Notes under the pieces: generated by a model
The model's database searches: none
Seen by the model: the letters and a program-made list of their open reading frames with translations, nothing else
Told to the model about the DNA's origin: nothing
Position numbers and translations under genes: made by a program
Part shown: positions 31,558 to 32,000 of the stretch, piece by piece
Numbering within the stretch: position 1 is the stretch's first letter
How the letters are laid out: each line of letters starts with the position of its first letter
Source of the DNA: Candidatus Annandia pinicola
Lineage (GTDB): Bacteria; Pseudomonadota; Gammaproteobacteria; Enterobacterales; Enterobacteriaceae_A
DNA: 32,000 nt
Direction: 5' to 3'
Assembly (NCBI RefSeq): GCF_020541245.1
Contig: NZ_CP045876.1
Coordinates: 60,001-92,000, forward strand

Positions 31558-32000
31558 ATGAATAACAATATTGAAGAAAAAAATAAAAAAAAAATAGAAA
31601 ACGAAAAAGATAATAAAAAAAAAGATAAAAAAAAAAAAAAAATAGAAAATGAAAATGAATGTTTAAAAAATAAAAATAATAATCAAGAAACAGAAAATAC
31701 AGAATTATTTTTAAAAAAAAAAATAAAAAAATTAAAAAAAAAAATAATATTACTAACTTCTACTTCTAATGATATTAATTTAAGAGCTAAAGCAGAAGTA
31801 GAAAATATGAGACGTAGAAATCAAAAAGAAATAGAAAAAATACATAAATTTGCTTTAGAAGATTTTATGTATGAATTATTACCTACTATAGACAACTTAG
31901 AAAAATCTGTAGAAATAGCAAAAAATAATAAAATAAATGATGCAATTATTGAAGGAATAAAACTTACTTTAAAATCTTTTTTAGATACTATTTCAAAATT
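31558..32000 (+). CDS. grpE: Nucleotide exchange factor GrpE. The C-terminus runs off the right edge of the window.
   Basis: The ATG at 31558 is preceded by an AAGGA Shine-Dalgarno with 5-nt spacing. Translation reads [34 protein letters not shown]...[43 protein letters not shown]..., collinear with E. coli GrpE (RVKAEMENLRRR...[21 protein letters not shown]). It is not in the ORF track because it is open-ended. The frame passes through an A16 tract (31627-31642). Confidence 0.88.
   Translation, partial: MNNNIEEKNKKKIENEKDNKKKDKKKKKIENENECLKNKNNNQETENTELFLKKKIKKLKKKIILLTSTSNDINLRAKAEVENMRRRNQKEIEKIHKFALEDFMYELLPTIDNLEKSVEIAKNNKINDAIIEGIKLTLKSFLDTISK

Noticed and set aside
31627-31642. Possible frameshift of grpE at its poly(A) tract, of the slippage-rescued pseudogene type
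   Set aside because: A first hand count gave A15, which would end the ATG frame at a TAG and separate it from the conserved GrpE body. Re-reading the blocks gives A16 (4+10+2). With A16 the ATG at 31558 is in frame with [13 protein letters not shown]... and the peptide reads ...[11 protein letters not shown], echoing the earlier KKKIENE. I treat the gene as intact. Because grpE is open-ended it is not covered by the ORF track, so the tract length deserves a programmatic check.
1-32000. Alternative genetic code (UGA=Trp), as in some tiny symbiont genomes
   Set aside because: All genes give full-length, ortholog-sized proteins under the standard code. Trp positions conserved with E. coli are encoded by TGG, and no in-frame TGA needs to be read through.
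1-32000. Search for CRISPR arrays, IS elements or transposases, integrases, prophage genes, toxin-antitoxin or other defence systems, and large repeats
   Set aside because: None were found. All coding capacity is accounted for by conserved housekeeping genes. Spacers are at most 340 bp. I saw no long repeats beyond homopolymers and chance A/T k-mers.

Overview
This window is extremely A+T-rich (by eye about 80-85% A+T overall; the longest spacer is over 95% A+T) and is almost entirely coding. It looks like core chromosome from a genome-reduced gammaproteobacterial (Enterobacterales-like) obligate endosymbiont of the Buchnera/Wigglesworthia/Blochmannia type. I cannot assign a species from sequence alone. 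Every long ORF is a recognisable housekeeping gene. In order they are: pepA (partial), gltX, tRNA-Val(UAC), tRNA-Lys(UUU), glk, prmB, aroC, truA, pta, ackA, the complete complex I operon nuoN through nuoA (13 genes, nuoC and nuoD fused), gyrA, rplY, glyQ, glyS, nadK and grpE (partial). Proteins are strongly K/N/I/Y/F-biased, every complete CDS ends in TAA, and the two tRNAs are the only G+C-rich islands. I found no CRISPR array, mobile element, phage, toxin-antitoxin or defence gene, and no unexplained coding space. The eight short ORFs in the track that are not assigned to a gene all lie antisense inside conserved genes. I therefore do not see a novel biological system here. What is worth a second look is reductive-evolution biology. 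(1) Pta is cut down to its catalytic domain. (2) GyrA naturally carries Ile at the quinolone-determinant position 83. (3) Long in-frame poly(A) tracts (up to 17 nt) sit inside essential genes. (4) The fourth zinc ligand of GluRS is replaced. (5) The nuo operon appears inverted relative to E. coli-like flanks, which places it co-directionally upstream of ackA-pta. (6) Convergent genes nearly abut, with no credible terminators. Homopolymer lengths and hand-derived coordinates could be off by 1 nt. CDS coordinates follow the ORF track.
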